A stretch of 63,641 bases of DNA, counting the filler, from Octopus bimaculoides (taxonomy: Eukaryota), in assembly GCF_001194135.2 (NCBI RefSeq). It is 7 parts of 6 records of this genome, joined end to end, with 100 filler letters (N's around TTAATTAATTAA, not from the genome) between each part and the next. Parts side by side here need not be neighbours in the genome. Positions count along the whole stretch, not along the records: positions 17,007 to 26,924 come from NC_069001.1; positions 27,025 to 50,702 come from NC_068983.1; 5 more parts are not named here. The stretch is one strand, 5' to 3'. This document shows positions 25,440 to 38,670 of the stretch, piece after piece. The position numbers and the translations under genes are program-made. A model generated the notes under the pieces. It ran no database searches. It saw only the letters and a program-made list of their open reading frames with translations, and was not told the origin of the DNA. Numbering within the stretch: position 1 is the first letter of the stretch; each line of letters opens with the position of its first letter.

Positions 25440-26554
25440 TCTCTCTCCCTATGTCTTCCTCGTAAACGATGTTTCTGTCACTCAGTTAATGAAAGACAAA
25501 AGTGAATACAATCTGAAGGAAAAACACTAGAAATAACGCAAGCTTCATATGAACAACAGGCCAGAGCTATTCAATAATATAAAGTCTTCTGGATTGTAAA
25601 ATCAAAGACAAAACGATCGAGAATCAATCATGAATGACCAAGAATCCCTGGCGTGGAAACTGATACAGCTGACCTGGTAGCGGCAGCCACGAACCACTTC
25701 AATACATTGGACCTGGAGAAACCTGTACAGAAGTTATGTGCGGAATAAACACTAAATATTTATTTATCAGAGATTCGTTTATAAAGGAAAGGAATACAGC
25801 TCCCGTTCCCTATAAATTTTTATAGCTAAAGATTGTGAATTTATAAGGAATGGTGATTGGATTTTGTGGTATTCATCATGTCTTCTTAAAGGAGGCTAAG
25901 TGAAATATATTGCTTTCAAACGGAAATCGAAACCGTTGAGCAGGCACCACTTACCGGAAATTTACCTCCTGCGAGATCAATATTGATTTTACTATCACAG
26001 AACAACAAAGGGAGTTTTGGAATTGGTGGGGAAAAAAATGTCGGACTAATTATCTTTTTCAATATTTAGTTCTCTCTGCCTTCTGAGTTCAATACTTTCT
26101 AGTTTCGATGTTGGAATTCTTTGCTTATTATTATTATTATTATTGTTATTATTATTATTATCATTATTATTGATCTTATTATAATATCAATATTGATCTC
26201 ATTCGGTTCCTTTATTTTGGATAGATATCGAACCTAGATTTGACAGTTTGATTGATAATAAGTCCAATTGTCATTTTACATTTGTATGACAATGCTTTTA
26301 CTGCAGCAACAACAACAACAACGACAACAACAACAACAACAACAATAATAATAATAATAATAATAATGATAATAATGTCGAAGATGTTGCTGCTGCTGAT
26401 GATGATGGTAATAGTGATGTGGTGGGGGATGGTGGTGTTGGCGCTACAGCTGATGAAGAGAAGGAAGAGAAGGACTTTTTTTTCATGTTCCTATTACCTC
26501 TCTCCTTTGCAAGCTATTGAGGGATCTCTATACGTTCCCTACATCTGCCAGGAC

Positions 26555-26678
26555 TTATGTCTTAAGCCTAGTACTTATTCTATTGGGGTCTTTTGACGAA
26601 CCGCTAAGTTGCGGGGGCGTAAGCACACTAACACCAGTTGTCAAACGGTGATGGGGAAACTGACACAGACACAAAGAT

Positions 26679-26735
<57 letters not shown>

Positions 26736-26924
26736 CACACAAGGCTTTGGTCGGCTCGAGGCTATAGTAGAGAACACTTGCCCAAGGTGCCATGCAGTGG
26801 GACTGAACCAAAAACCATGTGGTTGGGTAGCAAGCTTCTTACCACACAGCCACGCCTGCGCTTATAATATTTATATACTCTTTTACTCTTTTACTTGTTT
26901 CAGTCATTTGACTGCGACCATGCT
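26555..26924 (-). mobile_element. SINE A composite (tail part, microsatellite, head, start of next tail)
   Basis: reverse-complement matches to both SINE A modules. Confidence 0.8.
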
Positions 26925-27023
26925 NNNNNNNNNNNNNNNNNNNNNNNNNNNNNNNNNNNNNNNNNNNNTTAATTAATTAANNNNNNNNNNNNNNNNNNNN
27001 NNNNNNNNNNNNNNNNNNNNNNN

Positions 27024-27218
27024 NGTGCGGGTGACACGTAAAAGCACCCACTACACTCTCTGAGTGGTTGGCGTTAGGAAGGGCATCCAGCTGTAGAAAC
27101 TCTGCCAAATCAGACTGGAGCCTGGTGTTGCCATCCGGTTTCACCAGTCCTCAGTCAAATCGTCCAACCCATGCTAGCATGGAAAGCGGACGTTAAACGA
27201 TGATGATGATGATGATGA

Positions 27219-27220
<2 letters not shown>
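27024..27220 (+). mobile_element. RTE 3' end / RTE-tailed short element ending GGACGTTAAAC(GAT)n
   Basis: homologous to 35410-35590; further copies at 35890-36190 (-), 39920-40250 (-) and 44680-44945 (+). Confidence 0.8.
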
Positions 27221-27249
<29 letters not shown>

Positions 27250-27254
<5 letters not shown>

Positions 27255-27785
27255 GTGTGTGTGTGTCTGTCTGTTTGTCTGTGTATTTGTCGCCCACCTC
27301 CATCACTTGACAACCGATGTTGGTATGTTTACGTTCCCATAACTTAGCAGTTCAGCAAAATAACTGATAGAATAAGCACCAGGCTTACAAAGAATAGGTC
27401 CTGGGATTAATTTGTTCGACTAAAAAGAAGTGCTCCGGCATGGCCACAGTTAAATGACCAAAACAAGTAAACAATAAAAGATATATATGCATGTGCATGT
27501 GTGTGAGTGGGTGTGTGCATGTATATGCATGTATGTATATGTGTGTTATGTGTATCTTTACCTTTTACATTTTATCTGTTTCAATTATTCGACTGTGGCC
27601 ATGCTGGGGCACTGCCTTGAAGAACCTTTTTATGGAATGAATGAATCAACCCCAGGACTTATTTTTTCTTTAAGCCTGGCACTTATTCTATTGGTCTCTT
27701 TTTGCCAAACTGCTAAGTTACAGGGACATAAACAAACCAACATCAATTGTTAAGTGGTGGTCGGGGACAAACACAGATAGAAAGA
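27250..27785. mobile_element. two SINE A 3' modules in opposite orientation (27250-27480 +, 27560-27785 -)
   Basis: sequence match to 46985-47190. Confidence 0.75.
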
Positions 27786-27879
27786 CACACACACATATAC
27801 ATATAGGACAGGCTTCTGGTGGCAATAGAGGTGGCGGTGGCTGCAGCAGCAACTGCGGCAATGGTGGTGGTGGTGGTTG

Positions 27880-27923
<44 letters not shown>

Positions 27924-28299
27924 GTGATGGTGATGATTCACCTCATATAAGACAACATGTTTTTGGATATTTCTTTCGGAGCAATACGTGTAGTCTTGTT
28001 TATCACTGATTCACTCATCACTGATCAGGGATAACCCAATACATTCAACTGATCTTTGATAACAGGTCAGTGATCAGCCAAAGATTTTGCTGGTACCACT
28101 AAAACATACCTGGCAACTACCCACAATGCTCTGCTACCCATCATGCACTGACTACCACTTGTGGTTACATGACTATGCTATGTAGCTGTGTTTTGTTATT
28201 CAGATTTATGTACTCGCACTCATCAGCATGGGATCAGTAAACAGTAAAAAATATGAAGGCAACTGATCATAATAAAATGAGATGGATGAGTGGATTTTT

Positions 28300-28410
28300 T
28301 TCAGAGAAGACGATTGAGAAAATATGCTGAGAGTGGAAGCTCTGCTGCAATAGGCTGTGAGTTTGGTGTCAATGAATCTACTATTTGTTCTATTTACAAA
28401 GTGTATGGAG
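28300..28410 (+). pseudogene. Tigger/pogo-like transposase N-terminal HTH fragment
   Basis: translates RRRLRKYAESGSSAAIGCEFGVNESTICSIYK, resembling the psq/CENP-B HTH motif FGVNESTI. Confidence 0.45.
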
Positions 28411-28862
28411 ATGATTCATTTATCATTGTACTTTTTTGGAATCAAAACCCCTGTAATAAACAAGGTTAGATTTACTTTACATGTGTACATCAATTGCAAC
28501 CATCAGAACCAGAAAAGGCTATTTCATCTGAGCAAATGAAGGAAGCTCAATGTGTTTCCTTAACCTGTTAGAATTAGCAGCCAAATCTCCTTGAACTCAC
28601 ATCCTACAGTTGCATAAAAGAAAAGACACCTCTGATCATAGCTCTGTTCATTCCACATTGAGCTGGGAAACAGCAACTAAATTTCAAAGCAGCAAATAGA
28701 ATGACTGTAAATGTGAGAAAATGTATTATTAACCCTTTAGCATCTAAACCAGCCAAATCCGGCTCGAATATTCTATATGTTTTACATTCAAACTGGCCAT
28801 ATCTAACCTCTCATGCATAACCTACTCTAAAATTCTAAAAATAAGCAATCATAGGCAAATAT

Positions 28863-29028
28863 AGGTGCAGGAGTGGCTGTGTGGTAAGTAGCTTGCTTAC
28901 CAACCACATGGTTCCGGGTTCAGTCCCACTACGTGACACCTTGGGCAAGTGTCTTCTACTATAGCCTCGGGCCGACCAAAGCCTTATGAGTGGATTTGGT
29001 AGACGGAAACTGAAAGAAGCCCGTCGTA

Positions 29029-29030
<2 letters not shown>
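28863..29030 (+). mobile_element. SINE A head, well preserved
   Basis: GGTGCAGGAGTGGCTGTGTGGTAAG...GGTTCAGTCCC...GAAAGAAGCCCGTCGTATAT. Confidence 0.9.
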
Positions 29031-29065
<35 letters not shown>

Positions 29066-30741
29066 NNNNNNNNNNNNNNNNNNNNNNNNNNNNNNNNNNN
29101 NNNNNNNNNNNNNNNNNNNNNNNNNNNNNNNNNNNNNNNNNNNNNNNNNNNNNNNNNNNNNNNNNNNNNNNNNNNNNNNNNNNNNNNNNNNNNNNNNNNN
29201 NNNNNNNNNNNNNNNNNNNNNNNNNNNNNNNNNNNNNNNNNNNNNNNNNNNNNNNNNNNNNNNNNNNNNNNNNNNNNNNNNNNNNNNNNNNNNNNNNNNN
29301 NNNNNNNNNNNNNNNNNNNNNNNNNNNNNNNNNNNNNNNNNNNNNNNNNNNNNNNNNNNNNNNNNNNNNNNNNNNNNNNNNNNNNNNNNNNNNNNNNNNN
29401 NNNNNNNNNNNNNNNNNNNNNNNNNNNNNNNNNNNNNNNNNNNNNNNNNNNNNNNNNNNNNNNNNNNNNNNNNNNNNNNNNNNNNNNNNNNNNNNNNNNN
29501 NNNNNNNNNNNNNNNNNNNNNNNNNNNNNNNNNNNNNNNNNNNNNNNNNNNNNNNNNNNNNNNNNNNNNNNNNNNNNNNNNNNNNNNNNNNNNNNNNNNN
29601 NNNNNNNNNNNNNNNNNNNNNNNNNNNNNNNNNNNNNNNNNNNNNNNNNNNNNNNNNNNNNNNNNNNNNNNNNNNNNNNNNNNNNNNNNNNNNNNNNNNN
29701 NNNNNNNNNNNNNNNNNNNNNNNNNNNNNNNNNNNNNNNNNNNNNNNNNNNNNNNNNNNNNNNNNNNNNNNNNNNNNNNNNNNNNNNNNNNNNNNNNNNN
29801 NNNNNNNNNNNNNNNNNNNNNNNNNNNNNNNNNNNNNNNNNNNNNNNNNNNNNNNNNNNNNNNNNNNNNNNNNNNNNNNNNNNNNNNNNNNNNNNNNNNN
29901 NNNNNNNNNNNNNNNNNNNNNNNNNNNNNNNNNNNNNNNNNNNNNNNNNNNNNNNNNNNNNNNNNNNNNNNNNNNNNNNNNNNNNNNNNNNNNNNNNNNN
30001 NNNNNNNNNNNNNNNNNNNNNNNNNNNNNNNNNNNNNNNNNNNNNNNNNNNNNNNNNNNNTATATATATATATATATATATATTGCTTAGGCATTGCAAG
30101 ACTAATAACCTGGTATTGAACTCAATATACACATGCTTCAGAACAAAGCATTAGTCAAGTACAGAACAGTATATAGCTGTAAGGTAATGAAGCTCATAGT
30201 CTATAGTTTAGCTGTATAAACTCACAGGCCTTCAACTTGTCACCAGTTTGATAAGTGCAAATGCACAAAACACTCAGACCTTGAGTCACTCTGTAACTTC
30301 TACTAAATATTGATAAAAATATACATATATTCCTATTTTGAGTTCTACTTTTTCTTGTTTGCATCAACATGCCTATACACATATATATATATATATATTC
30401 ACTCTATGCTGAATTGTGGTACAGTATGGGCAGATTTCGGAAATCCAAGAAAACTTTATGCAGCTATACCTTTATAAATGAATATGATAAACCTATTATA
30501 ATGGGTAATACTAAATGGACTTTATCTTTTTCTCTTTCTTTTTCTTTTTCTTTTGTGATGTAATCTTTGGACTAGCATTGTTTGCGGCTGAAGATAGCTT
30601 TAAATCATTCTTTATATCAACAATATACATATACTGATGTAATGACAGATTGTTTATAAAGCTTGAAACACGTGTACCATGATATCCTTTGTGTTCTGTT
30701 TTCAATTTATGTTTGATATATATATATATATATATATATAT

Positions 30742-30985
30742 TCTTTCATCTCATCGAAAGTCTCTTTTGATGTACAATCTTTCAAGTATAAGAACCTGAT
30801 CACTGATCTGAATTCAACTGCCTCCGTTTTAACACCTTAGTCCACTTCAGCAGCCATAAAAGACAAAAGAATACTAGTGAAAAGTTTCAATTTACAACGT
30901 GACATGTAGAGATGTGTATGATTAAACCTGTACAAGTTCCATTTCTTGCATTAACTAGAAGTGGGTCGGGAAAATCTTTCATTGA
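30742..30985 (-). pseudogene. mariner transposase N-terminal fragment
   Basis: minus strand VEFRSVIRFLYLKDCTSKETFDEMKE resembles the first HTH of mariner transposases. Confidence 0.55.
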
Positions 30986-31995
30986 AGAGATTTTTTTCCC
31001 CACATGGTGAGTTGTAGTAGAAAAATATAACATGAGAAGGAGAGAACTCACAATTTATATATGTTTTTATAAGATAGATATTTATATAGTTTGCCAGTTT
31101 TATGTTTTACTAATCATGACTGGGAAATTGGCAAAAATAGAAAATAACAAAGTCAAGTAAGAAATGGCAGTTGAAGAAATGTCATGTCATATAGAAGCTA
31201 TAGATTATATATAAACTATAGATTTCTGATTAATCATTAAGGTAAATTGTTTACCTTAAAAGAAAGTAGCATCGCCATTGCATAAGTCTCTTTTTCAACA
31301 ATGCAAATGCCCTTTTTTTTCGCAGCAGCAGCAGCAGCAGCAGAATTTAATAACTGAGAAATTAATGCTGTAGTCATAACATTTCACTTAAGAGTGACCC
31401 AGTGACAACCTTAGAGGAATATATTTTGATAGCAAGTTACATATAGTCTATTTTGACTTTGATAGACTCCATAATAATGGTTTTTAAGTCATTGATTACA
31501 ATTACATCTTCCTTTGAAAGCAGAGACAGAGTATTGATTAGAGGACTTATTCTTTTGGAAAAGCAAGGAGCCCAGTTTTTCACATAATTCATTCCAATGC
31601 AGGTTGTTCTTGGGACCCCCAGTTATGTATTGCTAAGCTAAGATATACTCTCATTTTTCAAACTTTTCATGCATTCATTTGCCATTCGCTATTAATACTT
31701 TAATATGTATTATTTACTAATACCTACTTTCGTAAGCTAATTATTTAAATTGACCCTTCAATATATAACTTCCTAATCTCTCTCTCTCAGCCTTCATTTC
31801 ACCTTAATTCTTCATGTAATTTTCTAAATGGAATTTCTCCTTCCCTCTTGTGTTCTCAAGTTGGCTACATATTTTTGTACCATCTGACTCATAAGGGTAG
31901 ACTAGGCCCTCCAGCTTGTTTATAGCAGCTCGTTTATGTACCATCTCTCTAAATTAACCCCTGTTTGTTCGCGGTGTGCCTGCTTATTCCCACCC

Positions 31996-32095
31996 CCACC
32001 ACCAATACCGGATATCTCTCTCTTTTCTCCCACCACCAATACCAAATATCTCTCTCTTCTCCCACCACCATTACAAGATATCTCTCTTCTCTCAC
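31996..32095. repeat. 32-34 bp minisatellite CCACCACCAATACC..ATATCTCTCTCTTCTC x3
   Basis: units start at 31996, 32030 and 32062. Confidence 0.85.
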
Positions 32096-32389
32096 CAGAA
32101 ACCCCCTCCCTCACTGGTGGTATCCTCTATCATACCTGTAATTTCCTCTCTCCCTCTCTCCCCCAGGACAAATGCAACTAGTTTAGCTGCCCACCTTCTT
32201 AATCTAACATTGGCATATTGATATTCATATTCTCCTTTATCTATCTTTATTGATTTACTTACTTGTATATGCAACACCAGTAATGCTTACATTTACATTT
32301 TTATGATGTCCACAACGCCACTAACACTTACTCCTACCCCCAGAAAGGGTAACAATCTTAACATGCTTGAATGTTTGAATGAGGACAGG

Positions 32390-35300
32390 TCGAAAGTGAG
32401 AGCAGGTGTGAAAGTGAGAACAAATGAACACGAAAACCTTTTTTTCAGGCACTGAATAACATCTCCCCTCCCCGTGCCTCCTCCCACATTCCTTTCCCAG
32501 TTTTTAGAGTTGGCACTGTCAATGTAGGCACACTGAAAAGTAGGTCTAGTGAGATTGTAGAGATACTTGAACAGAGATGTGTTGATGTATGCTACATACA
32601 AGAGTTAAGGTGGAGAGGAGCTTCAGCTAGGGTCCTCACAGGCAAGGCACATAGGTATAAAATCTTCTGGCAAGGTAACACGGATGGAGTAGGGGGTGTA
32701 GGCATACTCCTTGTGGAGAAATAGGTGGATAAGGTCATAGAGGTAATCAGGGTATGTGATAGAGTGCTTAAGCTCAGGCTAGTCCTGAAGAATAGTATAG
32801 CTACAATTATTTCTGCCTATGTCCCACAAGCAGGCCTACCAAATGATCAGAAGGACCACTTTTATGATACCCTTCTACAAGCTACCTCAAAGATGAATGG
32901 CAATGACCTCATCTTTGCAGCTGGAGGTTTTAATAGGAATGTCAGACAGCTATCCAGTATCTTCCATGGTGTTCACAAGAGCCATGGAATTGGTTCCGGA
33001 AATGTAGAGAGAACTAAACTACTAGAGTTCTGTGATGCATGCAACCTATTAATCTGCAACACTAACTTCAGGAAGTCAGGCAGCCACCTGATAACCTATC
33101 GACCAGGTGACTGCTAGTCAGATTGATTTCATCCTCATCAGAAAGTGGGATGCAAGGTTGCTCTTAAATACAAAGACCCTTCCTGGTGAAGAATTTACCT
33201 CCCAGCATAGACTAGCATATTAGTGACTTTAGACTTGAGGCCAGAAGGATGCCAAGAAGCAGACCAATCCAGAAAAGAAGGATTTGGAAGCTAAAGAACC
33301 TTTCACATGGTCAGAGATTTAGGGACATCCTCATTGAGAAATTTGATGAGAGGGAAGAGGAGCTACAGACTTCAGGCATAGAGGGTAACTGGAAATTCCT
33401 ATGGGATAGCTTACTGAGCATCACAGACCAAATCTACAGCTAGTGCAAAGTCCCTTTTAGATCTAGAGTAACATGGTGGTGGAATAATATGGTAGACAAG
33501 GCCATTAGAGCAAAGAAACAGGCCTGGAAAGCCTGGAAGAGTGGGGGTAGCAGGGAACTGTACCAGATAGCCAGAAGGGAGGCTTGGCAACAAGTATACA
33601 TAACCAAGGGAGAAGCAGAAAAGAAGTTTGCCAATGTTCAGCGATGTGAGGACCGAAGAACTGAAGTATTTTGGATTGCAAGACAGTGTGTGAGAGAAAA
33701 TTGTGATGTCACAAGAGAGAAATATTTCCACATGGATAATGGTGCACTTGCTTTTAATGATTCTGCATAGAAAGAAGCTTGTAGAAGCCATTATGAAAGG
33801 CTGCTGAATGTGGAGAATGAATGAGAGGAGGAAAGCCTGCTACATGTTGACCCAGTAGAGGGACCTGCTACCAGAATAGACAATACCCTGGTAGATAAAA
33901 TAATTAAGGATATGAAGTCAGGAAAAGCCCCTGACCCATCAGGAATCACTGCTGAGATGCTTAAAATATCTGGTGGTGTGGTTTATGGCCTACTCACCCA
34001 TATTGTAAACCAGGTAGTTCACGAAGGAGTCATACTCAATGACTGGTGTAGCAGCACCATAATCAACTGCTACAAAGGTAAAGGTGATGCTTTAGATAGA
34101 AATAACTACAGGGGTATCAAACTGATGGATTAGGTGATGAAGGTCACAGAGAGGGTCATAGCCCAACTAATTAGGGAGAGAGTCTGCTTAGATGAGATGC
34201 AGTTCAGTTTTGTGCCAGGTAGAAGCACCACTGATGTTATATTCCTGGTATGGCAACTGCAGGAAATCTGTAGAAAAGGTGTAGATAGAAACTCCATAAG
34301 ATGTATCCAGTGTTAGCTATGGACGCATAAGAGGTGCAGCAACATCAAAGGAAGGTTAACCGGGAAGATAGCTTTTGTGTGTGGCAAATGCACAGAGGCA
34401 ATAAACACTGCAGAGGCTCAGAAAACTGATTCCATCACATGCCAGGGGAAGAAACTAGAAATAGTTGATAGTTTCCGCTACCAAGGTGACCAAGTCTGCA
34501 GTGGAAGTGGTTGCTCTGAGAGCATTGCTACTAGAATAAGAATCACCTGGGCAAAATTCAGAAAGCTAAAGGGCCTCTTGCTCAAAAGGAAAGGTAGATT
34601 GTATGATGCATGTGTGTGAACTGCCATGCTACACGGCAGTGAAACATGGGCCATGACTGCTGAAGACATGCGTAGGCTTGAAAGAAACGAAGCTAATATG
34701 ATCTGCTGGATGTGTAATGTCAGTGTGTACACATGACAGAGTGTAAGTGCCCTGAGAGAAATGTTAGACGTAAGAAGCACCAGATGTGGTGTGCAAGAGA
34801 GACGACTGCACTGGTATGGTCATGTGCTGCGGATGGATGAGGAGAGCTGTGTGAAGAAATGTCACTCTCTAACAGTGGAAGGAACCTGTGGAAGACATGG
34901 GATGAGGCGGTGAAGCATGACCTTCAAATATTGGGCCTCACAGAGGCAATGACAAAAGACCAAGACCTCTGGAAATATGCTGTGATTGAGAAGACTTGAC
35001 AAGTAAAATGAGATCAGAGCAGTAGCCTATGCCAGTGTCGCATAACCAGCCCATTTAAAAAATACCTTTGAATCGTCGGGCGACACGCCATGCTTAAGGA
35101 GACCTATTGAGTCAAGTAAAATCAAAATCAAAATCAGATCCAATCTAATCACAATCAAATGGAAATTGTAGTTGTGGCCAATGCCAGTGCCGCCTGACTG
35201 GCTCCCGTGCTGGTGGCACGCAATAAGCACCATGCATGTGTGGGTTGTTACCAGTGCCACCTGACTGGCTCCCAATGCTGGTAGCATGTAAAAAGCAGCA

Positions 35301-35590
35301 TCCAAACATGGTCAATGCTAGCACCCACTCTCCGACTGGCTCCTGTGCCAGTGGCACGTAAAGAGCACCATCAGAACGTGGCCAATGCCATTGCCGCCTG
35401 ACATCCATGCCAGTGACATGTAAAAATCACCCACTACACTCTCGGAGTGGTTGGCATTAGGAAGGGCATCCAGTTGTAGAAACACTGTCAGATCAGATTG
35501 GAGCCTGGTGCAGCCTCCTGGCTTGCCACTCCCCAGTCAAGCCGTCCAACCCATGCCAGCATGGAAAACGGACGTTAAACAATGATAATG
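32390..35590 (+). mobile_element. decayed RTE-clade LINE (APE endonuclease + RT) with 3' UTR
   Basis: RVGTVNVGTL..YIQELRW (APE); PSGITAEMLK, KGKGDALDRNNYRGIKLM, QFSFVPGRSTTDVIF (RT); many stops and frameshifts; central RT deleted; tail GGACGTTAAAC-(R)ATGAT. Confidence 0.92.
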
Positions 35591-35816
35591 ATGATCCTAT
35601 GTGATAAGGATTATTTATTGCACAGCATGAGCATTTCTTTATGCCAAATTAACACAATAGAGCAGAGTGTAATTCATTTGGTGTCCTAGAACACAGAAAA
35701 CAGTTTGTTGAAAATTTACATTTATTATTATTCATGCCTCTCTGAAACAAATGATCATGGAAAATCTGATGATGAATATCATCATCATCATCATCATCAT
35801 CACCACCACCACCACC

Positions 35817-35883
<67 letters not shown>

Positions 35884-36192
35884 CCACCATCATCATCTGC
35901 CTTCCATGCTGGCATGGCTTGGACAATTTGACAGGAGCTGGCCAGGCAAAAGACTCTACCAGACTTTTGTGTCTGTTTTGGCACAGTTTTTACAGCTGGA
36001 TGCCCTTCCTAACACCAACCACCCAGTAGAGTGGACTGAGTGCTTTTTACATGGCACCAGCAAAGGCAAGATCAGTTTTGGCATGTTTTTTTACAGCTGG
36101 TTGCCCTTCCAAATGGCAACCACTTTATAGTGTGGGCTGGATACTTTTTATGCGGCACCAGCACTGGAAGGATCACTAAATAACTTGCAAGA

Positions 36193-37166
36193 CCACCAAA
36201 CAGTCACCATGACCTTCTTTTGGTGCAACTTTGACTTCAGGAAGTGCCGTGGAGCTTCGTTGGTGTCCAACCACTGAGCTGAGTGTTGCCAGTTGTTGTA
36301 AAGAATCCACTTTTCATCGCAAATCACAATCTGGTCGAGAAACGGGTAGTTCTTGTTGTGTAAAAGAAGGGAAGATGACATTTCAAAACAGCATTTTTTT
36401 TGGTGTCGTTCAATTCATGGGGCACCCATTTCTCAAGTATTTTTGTTTTTCCAATATCTTTCAAGTGGTTGGAAATTGTCATATGGCGCGGGCATGGCTG
36501 TGTGGTTAGGAAGCTTGCTTCCCAGCTGCATGGTTTCGGGTTCAGTCCCACCGCGTGGCACCTTGGGCAAGTGTCTTCTGCTATAACCCCGGGCTGACCG
36601 AAGCCTTGTGATTGAATTTGGTAGGCGGAAGTTACTGCCGTGTGTGTATACGTCTGTGTAAGTGCTTGTGCTTCTCTCCCAGAGAGTGAGAGGGGGATTA
36701 CATCTAATTCAGAAGCAAGCTCTCGAACAGTTGGGCGTGGATTGGCTTCCACTAAGGCTCTTAGTTGATCATTGTCAACATCTGATGGCCGACCACTACA
36801 CTTATCATCTTCAAGACTCGCATCACTGCTACGAAATTTCTTGAACTACCATTGTGCTGTACATTCATTAGTGATTCCTGAGCCAAATGCACCGTTGATA
36901 TCGTGAGATGTTTCAGTAACTTTTCAGCCTAGCTTGAAATGGAATAAGAAAATTGTGCGAATTTGCATTTTGTCCATGTTGTATTCAACGTTCCGGAAAA
37001 AATGGCCTAATTATTCAAAAAGAAAGAGTAACACGAATAGATAAAGTGAAAAACAGGCTTCAAAATGATATATAAAGTCAAAGTAATTTCATGAAAATTA
37101 ATTTGAAAATACATCATTTAAAACCAAAATTTAAAATTCCGCAAGAACGTTCTTGATAACCTAATA
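36193..37166 (-). mobile_element. mariner (Hsmar1/cecropia-like) transposon relic interrupted by a SINE A head at 36484-36710
   Basis: MDKMQIRTIFLFHFKLG..SGRPSDVDNDQLRALVEANPR, KWVPHEL, CDEKWILY, KKVMVTVWW; TIR-like ..ATAACCTAATA end at ~37140-37166. Confidence 0.9.
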
Positions 37167-37589
37167 GAACTGAAATATATTTAATTGTAGTTTCCTCTTC
37201 TATAGTATATAACAAAGGACAAACAAAGTATACAACTTCAAAATATATGGAAATGGAGAAGAAACAAGAGTAAAATAAGGAAAGTGAAAAACTGTTTTCT
37301 ATCTTCAGGAAAGCCAACAAATTACAAAACAGAAATTCATTTACAAACAGTTAGGAAGAAAAAGAAGAAACAACACAAATCATGAAACAGCTAAAATAAG
37401 CTAAAATTTGGGCTACAGCAGGGATGCACAAACTTTTGCATCCAAAGGGCCAAATTGTGAATTCAATCATTCAAGGCAAGTTGCAAAGTATATTATATAA
37501 TTTGGATGATCACGAAACATACAAAAACAATAGTGCATAAAACTAATATAAGAAAATATAATAATAAAGTTAATAAATAAATACTATTA

Positions 37590-37697
37590 TAGGCGCAGGA
37601 ATGGCTGTGTGGTAAGTAGCTTGCTTACCAACCACATGGTTTTGGGTTCAGCCTTGTGAGTGGATATGGTAGACGGAAACTGAAAGAAACCCATCGC

Positions 37698-37744
<47 letters not shown>

Positions 37745-37985
37745 CATGCGTGCGTGTGTGTGTGTGTATGTTTGTGTGTCTGTGTTTGTCCCCCACCCCA
37801 TTGCTTGACAATCGATGTTGATGTGTTTACGTCCCTGTTACTTAGCGGTTCAGAAAAAGAGGCCAATAGAATAAGTACAAGGCTTACAAAGAATAAGTCC
37901 TGGAGTCGATTTGTTCAACTAAGGGCAGTGCTCCAGCATGGCCACTGTCAAATGACTGAAACAAATAAAAGAATAAAGGAATAAA
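37590..37985 (+). mobile_element. SINE A with internal deletion in the head
   Basis: head, (TG)n and tail in order. Confidence 0.85.
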
Positions 37986-38068
37986 AGAATGTGTGCTTTC
38001 AGTGTGTGTAGTACAAGCAGTTCGCTATGTTAATTTTCAGTTATATATTAAAATAAGAAAGTCTTTGC

Positions 38069-38200
38069 AAAATGGCTTCATGGGCTACAGAAAATGTCTT
38101 CATGGGCTACACAAAATGCCTTCACATGTCACACAAAGTGCCTTCGCAAACCACAGAAAGGGCCTTTGCAGGCCACACAAAATGCCTTCACAGACTGCAG
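38069..38200. repeat. 22-bp minisatellite AAAATGCCTTCAC..GCCACAC x6
   Basis: six successive 22-bp units from 38069. Confidence 0.85.
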
Positions 38201-38319
38201 GTTGTGCATTGCTGGGCAATAGAATGCCATATTAAAGAAATTGTTAGAAAAATCTCTACCTGACAAATAGCTTAAAAAGATAAAGAGAGTGGAAGTAGAC
38301 AAGGAAAAGTTGTAATACT

Positions 38320-38670
38320 AGCTGAGGAGTGCAGGACTCGAAGCTAAGACTACAGGCTTCTTAATGCAGTTTCCTCACCTGGGACCACCAAATGTATATA
38401 AAAAAGCAGAACACCATGTGTAACTACAGAATGATGTGGAAGAAACTATGAACAACATTGTTTCTGGTTGTCCAGTCTTAACTGATACAGAATACATTCA
38501 CAGACATAACAAATTGGGGACTTACATACACTGAAAAGTATCTGAGAATAACAAAGTGACCACACTTTTGGATATGCCAAAAAAACACAGACAGAGAGAT
38601 CAGGGCTAATTCACCAAATATTGTTGTCATGGACCACAAAGCAAAGGAATGCTGCCTAATCAAAGTGGTA
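38320..38670 (+). pseudogene. second R4/Dong-like fragment (knuckle + RLE region), highly degenerate
   Basis: EETMNNIVSGCPVLTDTEYIHRHN and TDREIRANSPNIVVMD parallel the 21472-21752 protein. Confidence 0.7.

Noticed and set aside
25600-25760. Coding-looking stretch PGVETDTADLVAAATNHFNTLDLEKPVQKLCAE
   Set aside because: Short, bounded by stops, no recognisable homology or convincing splice sites.
28863-28935. tRNA gene call for SINE heads
   Set aside because: A/B boxes are present, but I see no complete cloverleaf and the sequence continues into the SINE body.
35705-36130. Poly-His ORF and other poly-His/Ile/Asn/Leu ORFs (20654, 24085, 27750, 40770)
   Set aside because: (CAT)/(AAT)/(GAT) repeats and RTE tails read through by chance.
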